This document shows, piece by piece, positions 20,911-30,286 of a stretch of DNA of 64,000 nucleotides; within the stretch, counting starts at the first letter, position 1, and the number at the start of each line of letters is the position of its first letter. The stretch lies in the IMG/VR virus record IMGVR_UViG_3300047272_000250, positions 40,394 to 104,393 of that record, one strand, 5' to 3'. Origin of the DNA: a virus (Duplodnaviria > Caudoviricetes). The notes under the pieces were generated by a model. The model was not told where the DNA came from. It worked only from the letters and a program-made list of their open reading frames with translations, and did not search any database. The position numbers and the translations under genes are program-made.

Positions 20911-22489
20911 TATGGATATTTTCCTTCAGCCATTGATACATAGTAGGTGAAGCATCTGCTTCTTCCTGCCAAAGTTTACGGAATATATCCCATGTCTTCC
21001 AAGTCTCTTTACAGTATTCATAATAGTCAATACCGTCATAATGTTTCCATCTTTCTACGGTATGTTTATTAACAGGGAAATAATTTAGACCTGTAGCAAT
21101 ACAGTGAATTCCACCTAGCCCATCGTATCTCTGTCTATTAATATGAAGATCTGCTAGATCATTGAATCCAACAACAGTAGAAGGATCTAGGGCAGGCACC
21201 TGTGGCTGATACTCTTTTTCAGTGATAGCTCTCCAATACTCTGTATCAGTTCTATTAGAAAGAGCATAGTGCTGAGCTACAAACTCCTTGAATCCAAGAT
21301 ACTGTCTGCGTGTTGTAGCATTGTATGCATCTCGATCCCATTGAGTAATAGTTCCTCTGGAGAGAGTTTTTACTAGCTTGTCCAAGAACTCGTGGACTGT
21401 AAATAGACCATTAGATTCTAGTGGTTCAATAAATCCAGCAGCAAATCCAATAGCAACCACATTCTTTACAAATGTGCGTCTATGAATTCCTACCTTAAAC
21501 TTAATATAACGATATTCATAAGAGTCTACATCACGATTTGGATCATGGATAGTCATCTTGTCTGATCTTAGATGATTCTTGAATTGCTCTAGAGCTTCTT
21601 CCTTAGATACAAATTTATCGCTAAATACGTAACCTGTTCCAATGCGTTCCCAGGAAGGGATATTCCAGACCCAGCCATTTTCAATTGCAGTACAGTTAGT
21701 GTATGGTTCCATCTCCTTTTCCTTATCTGTATAAGGAATACGTGTAGCCCATGCGCTATTATTTGGAAGCATGTGCTCAAAGTTATCGAATGGCTCACCT
21801 AGTGCTTCTTCTAGGAGCATAGACTTAAATCCAGTACAGTCAATAAATAGATCTGCAGTTAACTTTTCTCCAGTAGTAAGAGTTACTGATTCAACCCCTG
21901 ATTCGCCCGTAGAGACTTCTGTCACTGTATCTGCAACTACTTTTACTCCACGAGGAATACAGTAGTTATTCTTTATCCACTGACCAAACTTAGTAGCATC
22001 AAAATGGTATGCAACATCTTGATTAAAGTTAAAGTTACCTAGCTTTCCTGACTCATTCCAAGATAGCTTGTTTTGCTCAGCCAAAGTAAGTGCTGGGTAA
22101 AAAGTACGAGCATAATCTGCTACGTCTAGATCTGGAAACTTAGCCTTCTTAACATACCAGTCATTAAGATCATTTACTGTTCCGTCTAGGAACACCTTGC
22201 CAAATGGATAGTGGAATCCACCAGCATCTTTCTTATAAAAATCTGTAAACTTAATAGACATCTTATATACAGCATCTGTTGCTGGCATAAAGTCTTTTTC
22301 ATCAATACCAATCCACTTTGCCCATCCAGTAATCCCGCCTAGTGTGGATTCTCCAACACCAATAATCGGATAATCTGGTGATTCAATTACAACAATTTCC
22401 TTATCTGGAAATGCTCTAACCATAGTAGCAGCGGACATCCATCCAGCTGACCCTCCACCAACAATAACAATCTTATTTAAATTAATCAT
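20897..22489 (-). CDS. Flavin-dependent (tryptophan halogenase family) halogenase
   Basis: GGGSAG, GVGEST, AVYKMSIKF (catalytic Lys), FIDCTG, WVWNIP, FIEPLES. Confidence 0.92.
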   Translation of the reverse strand: MINLNKIVIVGGGSAGWMSAATMVRAFPDKEIVVIESPDYPIIGVGESTLGGITGWAKWIGIDEKDFMPATDAVYKMSIKFTDFYKKDAGGFHYPFGKVFLDGTVNDLNDWYVKKAKFPDLDVADYARTFYPALTLAEQNKLSWNESGKLGNFNFNQDVAYHFDATKFGQWIKNNYCIPRGVKVVADTVTEVSTGESGVESVTLTTGEKLTADLFIDCTGFKSMLLEEALGEPFDNFEHMLPNNSAWATRIPYTDKEKEMEPYTNCTAIENGWVWNIPSWERIGTGYVFSDKFVSKEEALEQFKNHLRSDKMTIHDPNRDVDSYEYRYIKFKVGIHRRTFVKNVVAIGFAAGFIEPLESNGLFTVHEFLDKLVKTLSRGTITQWDRDAYNATTRRQYLGFKEFVAQHYALSNRTDTEYWRAITEKEYQPQVPALDPSTVVGFNDLADLHINRQRYDGLGGIHCIATGLNYFPVNKHTVERWKHYDGIDYYEYCKETWKTWDIFRKLWQEEADASPTMYQWLKENIHNADS

Positions 22490-22565
22490 ACATAACCTAT
22501 TCTCTAATAAAAAATCTCTCCATAAGTAGTATATACCTATTAAGAGATTCTTGTCAATCTAATAT

Positions 22566-22859
22566 TTAAATTTGTGGAACCATCTTGACCCAAGAAAGGT
22601 CAGACTCATTCCAGAAGTATGCAAAGCCATCATTAGGCTTTTCTGATGGAGCTGCCCATACATTATCTTCTAGTGTCCAAGAAGTATATGGCTTTGGATC
22701 AATAAATCTAGATATAGATCTATTGTATGTCCCACCAATCACTGCTTCACCAGTTGACTCTGTAGAAATAACTTCATTATCGTTCAAGGTATGATCTTCA
22801 TCTATAATTATTACATTTAATACAAGATCATTCTCATTTAAAACTGCTGCTTTTATCAT
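22566..22859 (-). CDS. Partner protein of glycine-rich fibre (cassette copy 2, gene D)
   Basis: AVIGGTY...PKPYTSWTL; paralog of 26879-27232. Confidence 0.6.
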   Translation of the reverse strand: MIKAAVLNENDLVLNVIIIDEDHTLNDNEVISTESTGEAVIGGTYNRSISRFIDPKPYTSWTLEDNVWAAPSEKPNDGFAYFWNESDLSWVKMVPQI

Positions 22860-23923
22860 GCGTAGTACCTCAAAACAATTCCCCCTTGAACTCCAGGTGT
22901 TTGTCCATCGTGATTAGAGTTTGCTCCCTGACCCCAGTTTCCAGCACCCTGTCCAGATGTTCCATTAATCTTAAGGTCATGGTTTGCCCCACCGCCACCT
23001 GCGCCATAAAACTGATAATCTATTTGAGATAAATGTCCTGGGCCACCAACACCTTGAGCATTTGCAGGTTGATCTGATGCAGCTCCGCCTGCTCCACCGC
23101 CACCTGCGCCAGCATGCTGAGATGATTGATTGATATTTCCACCTCTGAAACCATACCCAACTGCAACTGTTGGAGATGTAACTGTTGGAGATGTTTGTGT
23201 TGGGCTTCCACCAGTTCTATTTCCTCCAGTACTTCCATTAGATGCAGCACCTGAACCATTTCCTCCAGAAACACCATCATTTCTTGGAGCTGGACCATAA
23301 GCGCCACCAATTGCTGTTATAACCCCGTCTAAAACAGTGTTACCACCGTTTGAGTTATATGCTCCGCCTGCACCAATGCTCCAAGATGCCTGGTTATTTG
23401 ATACTGGGTAATAAGAAAGATTAACTACTCCACCGCCACCTCCTCCACCACCGTGGTGATGTGCTCCACCGCCACCTGCAATTACATTTATATCAATTAA
23501 AGGCATTGCAGACTTTGGCAAAATCCAAGGATTTGAAGTATTTGTTGTTGCAGACTTATATACATAAGCGGTATATTTAGAATTATAAAGCCAGTCAACA
23601 TATTTTGATCCTGGGTTTGCTAAATCTGTTGTTGTTTTTGGTGCTGCTTTATACAAAGAAACATAGTCATCTTTCATTGCAACAATCTGAATAGATGTAA
23701 AACTGTGAGAAACTGATAAGGTTTTACCTAGAGGTCCTCCTGTTGTTGTTCCTCCAATAAAATAAACATACCCAGTAGCATTATTTGATGAACTCATCAT
23801 ATAGTAACCAGCTGTGCCACCTTGCTGCCATGTTCTAGCATAGGTTTCCATAAAAATAGAAGCTATGTATGACATTCCTGGCATACCGCCGCCTGATGAA
23901 GGTACAAATGATTGAATTCCCAT
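22856..23923 (-). CDS. Glycine-rich fibre protein (cassette copy 2, gene C)
   Basis: Glycine-rich domain ending GGIVLRYY; paralog of 27229-28326; start MGIQS chosen by alignment with the paralog. Confidence 0.7.
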   Translation of the reverse strand: MGIQSFVPSSGGGMPGMSYIASIFMETYARTWQQGGTAGYYMMSSSNNATGYVYFIGGTTTGGPLGKTLSVSHSFTSIQIVAMKDDYVSLYKAAPKTTTDLANPGSKYVDWLYNSKYTAYVYKSATTNTSNPWILPKSAMPLIDINVIAGGGGAHHHGGGGGGGGVVNLSYYPVSNNQASWSIGAGGAYNSNGGNTVLDGVITAIGGAYGPAPRNDGVSGGNGSGAASNGSTGGNRTGGSPTQTSPTVTSPTVAVGYGFRGGNINQSSQHAGAGGGGAGGAASDQPANAQGVGGPGHLSQIDYQFYGAGGGGANHDLKINGTSGQGAGNWGQGANSNHDGQTPGVQGGIVLRYYA

Positions 23924-23924
23924 A

Positions 23925-24257
23925 TTATACGTCGAGCTCCGCTCCAAATACGTTGAATGATACTAGTCCAGATGATGACTGAACTGTAACAACGTCATTT
24001 TGATTAAGTGTAATTCCAAGATTAAGTGCTACTGATAGGTTTGATCCGACCTGAACATCATAGGCTAAATACATATCGTCTGTTAGTGTAGCTCCATCTG
24101 GGCGTACTGAAATTCTATATGTAGCAGAGTTTGCATCTCTATTTGCTACTGTAATACAGTTAATAATAGCGTCTTTTGTTCCGCTAACTGTGTAAATATC
24201 CCAGCTTGTATTAGCTGCTGGTGACTTTTGTCCTAAGACCTTATATCTAATTGCCAT
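23925..24257 (-). CDS. Small beta-rich virion protein (cassette copy 2, gene B)
   Basis: MAIRYKVLGQ...SFNVFGAEL; paralog of 28326-28661. Confidence 0.65.
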   Translation of the reverse strand: MAIRYKVLGQKSPAANTSWDIYTVSGTKDAIINCITVANRDANSATYRISVRPDGATLTDDMYLAYDVQVGSNLSVALNLGITLNQNDVVTVQSSSGLVSFNVFGAELDV

Positions 24258-24261
24258 GTGT

Positions 24262-24624
24262 TTATATCCCTACCATAAAGAATGAATGTAGCGATGATCC
24301 CGCTCCAGTTACCTGGTTTACAGCTGAGAGTTTTGCAGTTTCAATATCAGCTAAGGCAGTCGCTCTGTCTGCATTAACATCTGCTAAAGAATTTACTCGC
24401 TTAGTTTCTAATGAAGCTAAAGAAGTTGTCTTCTTTGTTTCAAGCTCTGTGATCTTATCTGCTGTCGCCTGAACAATATCATTTACACCTAAAAGCGTAC
24501 CTAGTTCGCCAAGTGCCTTGGCCATATAAATCATATCCTGGGTGTTCATAACCGTTGAGGATATGGCGCTTGTCATTTCTGACTTGAGCGCCTCAATCTG
24601 TACTGATAAACTATCGTATGCCAT
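24262..24624 (-). CDS. Coiled-coil protein (cassette copy 2, gene A)
   Basis: KRVNSLADVNADRATALADI is identical in 28663-29031. Confidence 0.65.
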   Translation of the reverse strand: MAYDSLSVQIEALKSEMTSAISSTVMNTQDMIYMAKALGELGTLLGVNDIVQATADKITELETKKTTSLASLETKRVNSLADVNADRATALADIETAKLSAVNQVTGAGSSLHSFFMVGI

Positions 24625-24662
24625 TCATAATCACCAACCTTAGTATATCACGAGTCATATTA

Positions 24663-25253
24663 TTAGATCCCCAATCCAAGCTCTAGGTTTAAAAGCCTAT
24701 TATTAAAGCCGTTTACTGTGGCTGTAAGAGACGCTAGTTGCGCTGCTACCTCTGCCGCAAAGTTTGGGTTATCATTTAAAGCGTCTGATAGTTCGCTGAG
24801 GGTATTAAGAAGGGCTGGGGCAGCACCAACAAGATTTGATATTGAGGTATCTGTATAAGTATTAGCAGATGATAGGGCATTAGCTGCTACGCTAGATGCA
24901 AAAGTTTGGGTAGCCAATAGGCTAGTGTCGACAATTCCATGAACTCCAGTAGTATCTGAATTATGAGTTGAAATATCTGAAGCTACTGATGTAGTTGTAG
25001 CTAGTACAGATGTATCTGCAATTCCGTGTACATTTGTAGTATCGTTATTATGAGTAGCTAATTCTGAAGCTAGATCAGAAGCAAGAATGTTTGCATAAGT
25101 AAGTAATGACCATGCTGATGTTCCATTGCCAATCTTAAACTTGTTAAGAGTAGTATCTAGTCCAATTTCCCCAGATTTTAATACTGGATTGAATGTAGCC
25201 CAATTAGCTGTTGTATCTCTACGGAGTCTATATGAAACATTTATTAGTGTCAT
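24663..25253 (-). CDS. Fibre protein with Mtd-N (major tropism determinant N-terminal)-like domain
   Basis: RRDTTANW..NPVLKSGEIGLDT..KFKIGNGTSAW. Confidence 0.75.
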   Translation of the reverse strand: MTLINVSYRLRRDTTANWATFNPVLKSGEIGLDTTLNKFKIGNGTSAWSLLTYANILASDLASELATHNNDTTNVHGIADTSVLATTTSVASDISTHNSDTTGVHGIVDTSLLATQTFASSVAANALSSANTYTDTSISNLVGAAPALLNTLSELSDALNDNPNFAAEVAAQLASLTATVNGFNNRLLNLELGLGI

Positions 25254-25456
25254 GCTGGATTTGCATCTCCCCCGTCAAATGAAATTCCCGCTGCCATTCC
25301 TGTAGTAATAACATCGCCATCATAAGTGTGTGTATGTTCAAAAACAATAGCTGGGTCTGTAAATAGTTCCCATACAACGCCCGTCCATCTCCAACGAATG
25401 CTGTTAGACTCGTAAGTTTGTCCAATTGCTGGATTGTTTGGGAATATTGTAGCCAT
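25250..25456 (-). CDS. Short fibre-associated protein (leaderless)
   Basis: FPNNPAIGQTY...WRWTGVVW; TATAAT 6 nt before the ATG. Confidence 0.6.
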   Translation of the reverse strand: MATIFPNNPAIGQTYESNSIRWRWTGVVWELFTDPAIVFEHTHTYDGDVITTGMAAGISFDGGDANPA

Positions 25457-25463
25457 AAAACTA

Positions 25464-26867
25464 TTATACCCTAGATGCGTATGAAGGAACAGATACCTGT
25501 GATTGAGTTTGTGCTACCAACCAGTACTGACCATCCTTTAGATAGTGTGCATACTGTGTAGCGCTTCCTGGTGTATAAGCTACACCTAGCACTGGAGTAG
25601 GTGCCCAGTATTGTGGGCTATATACTGGAGCTGGAAGGAATCCTGTTGCAATATATGCAGCCTTTGAATACTTCTTTCCATGCTGATTGTATAGATAGTC
25701 AGCGTCTTCAGTATATGTACGACCATTCATATCTCCCATTGTGTCAAATGCTGGGCCTTCTGAAAGTCCTACTGTCTTAAAATTCTTAATTGTTGTATAT
25801 GAGTTAGTTGCTGGATCATAATATCCAAACCAGTAATCAAATAGTGATTCTGATCCCTTATCTACAGCTGTTTGACGAGCTCCAGTAATATAAACCTTAC
25901 CCTGATATGAGAATGTGAAGATCTCTCCATATGATACCGACGGGAATCCAGGCATCTTAGCAATTGGAGACCATTCATTTGTAGTACCGTTCCACTTATA
26001 AGCAAGATTACCATAGTAGTAGCTTGTTGGAACGTTTGAAGTTTCTAGATATGCTTGTCCAAATGTATAGACATTTCCATCTCCAGGAGCATTCATAAGA
26101 ATATTCATTGTATTCAAAGAATCTGGGTATGCAGCCTTTGCTGTTTGGGTAAATGCATTTGTCGACATATCCTTTTGAATAAATGTTGTATACATTGTCT
26201 GGCTATGAGATTGAACTCCATTAGCAGAGTTATAAACTCCGCCGCCAATTATGTACATCTTATTATTTGTGTAGTCAAAAGCAAATGACGCTCCACGATA
26301 ATTATTTGAGTATAGATCCTGTGTTGCCATTGTGGTAGCATTAACGATCTTTCCAGCATAGTAAGCATTATTTGCTACATTGTATGTTGGGTAAGACCAG
26401 ATATAGTCTGTACCGCCAATATTGCGGCATGTAAGGGCATTTGTAAGGCTAGTTGCTGCCACTGTTGGCAGGGTTGGCGTAGGGCTAGAATTTGTATTAG
26501 AAATCAAACCTGATGAAACCACTGCATTTGAGTTTGCAGGCCATGAGATATAGTGATTATCTGAAACTAAAACTATCTTAGCAAAAGCCTTGCTTGGATT
26601 AAAGTTAAATGTTGTAGAGAAGCTGGGATTAACAAAAGATGAATCAATTATGTTTCCGTCGCCATCTAGAAGATTAATGTAAGTAACATTTGTAGGAGCT
26701 CCATTTGAGAAGTCAAGGCTATAAAGACCAGGACTTACAAGCATACCAACATTAAGTACAAATACCTGTTGGTTAATTGCTGCGCTATTTGATGGTGCTT
26801 TGAACGTCAAATTACCGCCGAGAGCGGGTAAGGAGTTCTTAGATACTAGATCTAGTGTTACTGCCAT
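25464..26867 (-). CDS. Kelch-like beta-propeller virion protein
   Basis: NKMYIIGGG, GNVYTFG, GKVYITG, YDPATNSY kelch-type repeats. Confidence 0.6.
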   Translation of the reverse strand: MAVTLDLVSKNSLPALGGNLTFKAPSNSAAINQQVFVLNVGMLVSPGLYSLDFSNGAPTNVTYINLLDGDGNIIDSSFVNPSFSTTFNFNPSKAFAKIVLVSDNHYISWPANSNAVVSSGLISNTNSSPTPTLPTVAATSLTNALTCRNIGGTDYIWSYPTYNVANNAYYAGKIVNATTMATQDLYSNNYRGASFAFDYTNNKMYIIGGGVYNSANGVQSHSQTMYTTFIQKDMSTNAFTQTAKAAYPDSLNTMNILMNAPGDGNVYTFGQAYLETSNVPTSYYYGNLAYKWNGTTNEWSPIAKMPGFPSVSYGEIFTFSYQGKVYITGARQTAVDKGSESLFDYWFGYYDPATNSYTTIKNFKTVGLSEGPAFDTMGDMNGRTYTEDADYLYNQHGKKYSKAAYIATGFLPAPVYSPQYWAPTPVLGVAYTPGSATQYAHYLKDGQYWLVAQTQSQVSVPSYASRV

Positions 26868-26878
26868 TTACTTCCTCC

Positions 26879-27232
26879 TTAGTCTTCTTTTTCTACCCAG
26901 CTATTAGATTCTTCATCCCATCGATAGTTAGGTCCTGGCTTTGGAATAAATTCAATCCAGGAAGTTGTTTCTTCATTCCAATGAAAATTTCCATCTGGTT
27001 TTTCAACTGGTGGATCATACTTCAATGTATCTTCATTTAATGTCCAAGAAGGATACGGAATATTTTCTACAAACTTACCCTTTTCCTCGACATATTGTCC
27101 ACCAATAAAAGCTTCATTTGTATCGTTAGATATTTTTACAAAGCTTCCTTCAAGTAAGCCTATCTGGCTATCTTCGCATTCAATAATATTTTCAACAATA
27201 TTTTCTAAATTAAGTTTTGCATATTTACTCAT
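26879..27232 (-). CDS. Partner protein of glycine-rich fibre (cassette copy 1, gene D)
   Basis: AFIGGQY...PYPSWTL; WNEETTSW repeats. Confidence 0.6.
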   Translation of the reverse strand: MSKYAKLNLENIVENIIECEDSQIGLLEGSFVKISNDTNEAFIGGQYVEEKGKFVENIPYPSWTLNEDTLKYDPPVEKPDGNFHWNEETTSWIEFIPKPGPNYRWDEESNSWVEKED

Positions 27233-28326
27233 GGTATATAGTACCTCACAACAACAGCTCCTGCGCCGCCGCCTCCGCCATCGTGATTGTGATGACCTCC
27301 TGACCCTCCGTGACCTCTTTGAGACCCATTATGAGCCCCCCAGCTTTCGTAATGCTGATTGTAACTTGATCCATGAGACCCAGTTCCAAAAGAATACAAA
27401 CTTGATGATATAAATGTATCGTCCCAGTGTGCAGATCCACCTTTTCCGCCGCCGCCAGAGTAGCCGTCTTGACCATTTCCGCCTGCGCCTCCGCCACCGC
27501 CACCTGCACCAGATCCTCCACCGCCACCGTTTTGTGACCCTCCAGAATAACCTCCAACTGACACTGGGCTTCCAGAAGTGCCTAATCCAGTAGAAGGTAG
27601 TTGTAGTAGGCCAGAACCACCAGCATGTCCAGCATCGTGACCTCCAGCTCCACCACCATTTACTCCATCTTGATTTCCATGATTTGCTCCTGGTCCACCA
27701 CCACGATGACCATGGTGAGCTCCGCCACTTCCGCCTTTAGCATAAACATTTCCAAAATATGTTGAGCCTCCTACGGCCCCTCTAGTTCCATGACTTCCGC
27801 CACCACCAATTGTTATCGATGTGGTTCCAACAGCTTGAAAAGCTGTAAGTTTTACAACTCCGCCGCCTCCGCCGCCGCCTCCACGATTGTTTCCTCCGCC
27901 ACCACCTGCTCCACAAATCAAAATATTAACTAATGGTAGCGCATTGTTTGGAAGAACAAAGTTACCAGATGATGTAATTACTGAAGGAAATGATGAAAAG
28001 TTTGCAAAAGGGTTTGGAAACTCTGTAGTTGACTTTACCTTTGCCTTATAAAGAGAAACCATATCATTTTGTGGTGCAATAATGTCAATACGTGTAAAGC
28101 TATGAGTAATATTAGCTAGCTTATTAAGGGCTACACCAGTTGTAGTTGACCCTACAAAGTAGGCATAACCATTTTCTTGATTTGTTGAATATAAAGCATA
28201 GTATCCAGGTGTGCCACCCTGTGTCCATGAACGATTATAAGTATTCATGTGAATAGAAGCAACATATGTCATGTTTGCTTGTCCTCCGCCACCTCCTGTG
28301 GCAGGTATAGTATTAAATCCTGGCAT
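27229..28326 (-). CDS. Glycine-rich fibre protein (cassette copy 1, gene C)
   Basis: Glycine-rich domain ending GAVVVRYY. Confidence 0.7.
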   Translation of the reverse strand: MPGFNTIPATGGGGGQANMTYVASIHMNTYNRSWTQGGTPGYYALYSTNQENGYAYFVGSTTTGVALNKLANITHSFTRIDIIAPQNDMVSLYKAKVKSTTEFPNPFANFSSFPSVITSSGNFVLPNNALPLVNILICGAGGGGGNNRGGGGGGGGVVKLTAFQAVGTTSITIGGGGSHGTRGAVGGSTYFGNVYAKGGSGGAHHGHRGGGPGANHGNQDGVNGGGAGGHDAGHAGGSGLLQLPSTGLGTSGSPVSVGGYSGGSQNGGGGGSGAGGGGGGAGGNGQDGYSGGGGKGGSAHWDDTFISSSLYSFGTGSHGSSYNQHYESWGAHNGSQRGHGGSGGHHNHDGGGGGAGAVVVRYYIP

Positions 28327-28661
28327 TAGGAATCAAGCTCCGATCCAAACAGATTAAATGCGATGCTAGTAGATGCTGCGTAAACTTCAACAATATCACC
28401 AGTTCCAAGAGTCATAGAGAGTTGTAGAGCTTGTGAAACTCCTCCTGCTGCTGCAGTATCATAGACAAGGATCTGCTTATCATTAGCAGCCGCTCCCTGT
28501 ACACGAACACGTACACGATATAGAATATCGTCTGCTGTTAAATTTGCTACAGTAAGAGATGAGCATACTGCTTCTTTACCTGTTGGGACAGCGTAAACTT
28601 GCGTCCATGCGTTATTTGCTGATGGAACAACCTGTCCTAAAACTTTATAATGAATTGCCAT
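28326..28661 (-). CDS. Small beta-rich virion protein (cassette copy 1, gene B)
   Basis: MAIHYKVLGQ...AFNLFGSEL. Confidence 0.65.
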   Translation of the reverse strand: MAIHYKVLGQVVPSANNAWTQVYAVPTGKEAVCSSLTVANLTADDILYRVRVRVQGAAANDKQILVYDTAAAGGVSQALQLSMTLGTGDIVEVYAASTSIAFNLFGSELDS

Positions 28662-28662
28662 T

Positions 28663-29031
28663 TTATATTATACTCCCTAAGAATAGTACATTGAAGTTAG
28701 TCGATGCACCGCTGATTTGATTTAAAGCTGTTGTTCTAGCAGAATCGATATCTGCTAATGCTGTAGCTCTATCAGCATTTACATCTGCAAGAGAGTTTAC
28801 TCTCTTAACTTCCATTGTAGACAACGCTGTTGTCTTAGCTGTATTTACTTCAGCAATTTTATCTGCTGTTGCATTTACAATATCATTTACTCCGAGCATC
28901 CCGCCCAAAGTCTCAAGTGCTGATGCTAGATAAACTAGATCCTGTGCTGTATATGTGCTTGCAGCAACGCTTGCGCCAATCTCCGACTTAATTGCGGTGA
29001 TTTCATTGGCTAACGAGGTATAGTCAGGCAT
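28663..29031 (-). CDS. Coiled-coil protein (cassette copy 1, gene A)
   Basis: Paralog of 24262-24624. Confidence 0.65.
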   Translation of the reverse strand: MPDYTSLANEITAIKSEIGASVAASTYTAQDLVYLASALETLGGMLGVNDIVNATADKIAEVNTAKTTALSTMEVKRVNSLADVNADRATALADIDSARTTALNQISGASTNFNVLFLGSII

Positions 29032-29255
29032 TACATCAACTCCATTTTATTCATTTTTAGTGCCATAGCAATTTGGTAACCCATTTTTTGCCATCCACCT
29101 TTTGTGTACTGCTCAAGTGTATCATGAGTGGTATTAAAATACAGGTCGCCGTGTCCAGGATTCTGTGGTCTTTCTTCTGCTGGCCCAACGGGGATTGCTG
29201 AAGCTGGAGCGGTAGCAGTAACGATTGAAGAAGCGCTAGCTACTCTGATGCTCAT
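29031..29255 (-). CDS. Short protein consisting of the shared fibre N-terminal motif
   Basis: GPAEERPQNPGHGDLYFNTT..LEQYTKGGW. Confidence 0.6.
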   Translation of the reverse strand: MSIRVASASSIVTATAPASAIPVGPAEERPQNPGHGDLYFNTTHDTLEQYTKGGWQKMGYQIAMALKMNKMELM

Positions 29256-29554
29256 GGTGTTATAACACCTGATATATGAAGCTTGACTCCTGCAGCATCT
29301 GCAAAGCCTGTGATCTGCAAATTCTGTGCAAGCACAGTACGCATATCCAAAATTAGTGTATCGTTAGCGGCAACGGAAATATCAGAAAGATATTCAACGC
29401 CATCAAATAAAATTGTAGCCGCTGTAGCTGTAGTAGCTGTATTAACAATAGAAATATTAGTTACTATAGCAGTCTTATTTGCGGGTACGGTATATAGAAG
29501 GGACGATGTTGTATTCGCCGTTCCTCTATAAAATTGTACTGGTGTATTTGCCAT
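29252..29554 (-). CDS. Small beta-rich virion protein
   Basis: LYTVPANKTAIV..ISIVN resembles the gene B family. Confidence 0.6.
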   Translation of the reverse strand: MANTPVQFYRGTANTTSSLLYTVPANKTAIVTNISIVNTATTATAATILFDGVEYLSDISVAANDTLILDMRTVLAQNLQITGFADAAGVKLHISGVITP

Positions 29555-29560
29555 AATCTC

Positions 29561-30277
29561 CTACAATGCTCCCATTATTATACCAATTTCAGCATCCAGA
29601 ACAGATGCCTTTGTTGCATTAATCTCATTATACACGGAAGTAGCAAAATCTGCATTATCTCCTATAGCCGCCGCAATTTCATTAAGAGTATTTAGGGCTC
29701 CTGGAGCCGAATCAATAACGTTTGATATCTGAGTATCAGTATATGCGTTTGCGGTTGTTATAGCCCCTGCTACGGCTGTTGCAGTGGCATCTACAGCTCT
29801 TTGAGCTGTGAAGTAAAGTCTTGTTGTTCCTTCTGAAAGGGAATCTGTTGTACGAGCTAGGAAATCTGAAGCAAAGCTAGAAGTTGTGTATGGTGTTACC
29901 CAAGTTGTATGATAATCATTTGATGATGCTTTTGCTGGAATCTGTCCAACTGTTCCGCCTGTTGGAAGTCCAGGACCTGAAGGTCCAACTGGACCAAATG
30001 AAACTTCTACCCAGTAGGTTCCATCATATGTATAAAAATGAACATTAACATTGTCAAACCAGAGGTCACCTTCATTAAAAGATTCTGGTGGTGTTACTCC
30101 AATATGTACAGCGGCTCCGCCGCCTGCACCTGCGCCTAGATCAATCCATCCTGTAGATGAATATACTCTGACTAAATTAGTTACTGAATTAAGGTAAAAG
30201 TCTCCAAGACGGGGATTAGATGGATCCGCTGCTAGACTTAGTGCGTTTAAGGGTACTAATCTTTTTAATGAAGACAT
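29561..30277 (-). CDS. Tail fibre-related protein
   Basis: GDLWFDN, short collagen stretch, APGALNTLNEIAAA. Confidence 0.7.
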   Translation of the reverse strand: MSSLKRLVPLNALSLAADPSNPRLGDFYLNSVTNLVRVYSSTGWIDLGAGAGGGAAVHIGVTPPESFNEGDLWFDNVNVHFYTYDGTYWVEVSFGPVGPSGPGLPTGGTVGQIPAKASSNDYHTTWVTPYTTSSFASDFLARTTDSLSEGTTRLYFTAQRAVDATATAVAGAITTANAYTDTQISNVIDSAPGALNTLNEIAAAIGDNADFATSVYNEINATKASVLDAEIGIIMGAL

Positions 30278-30286
30278 TTATTCCCC

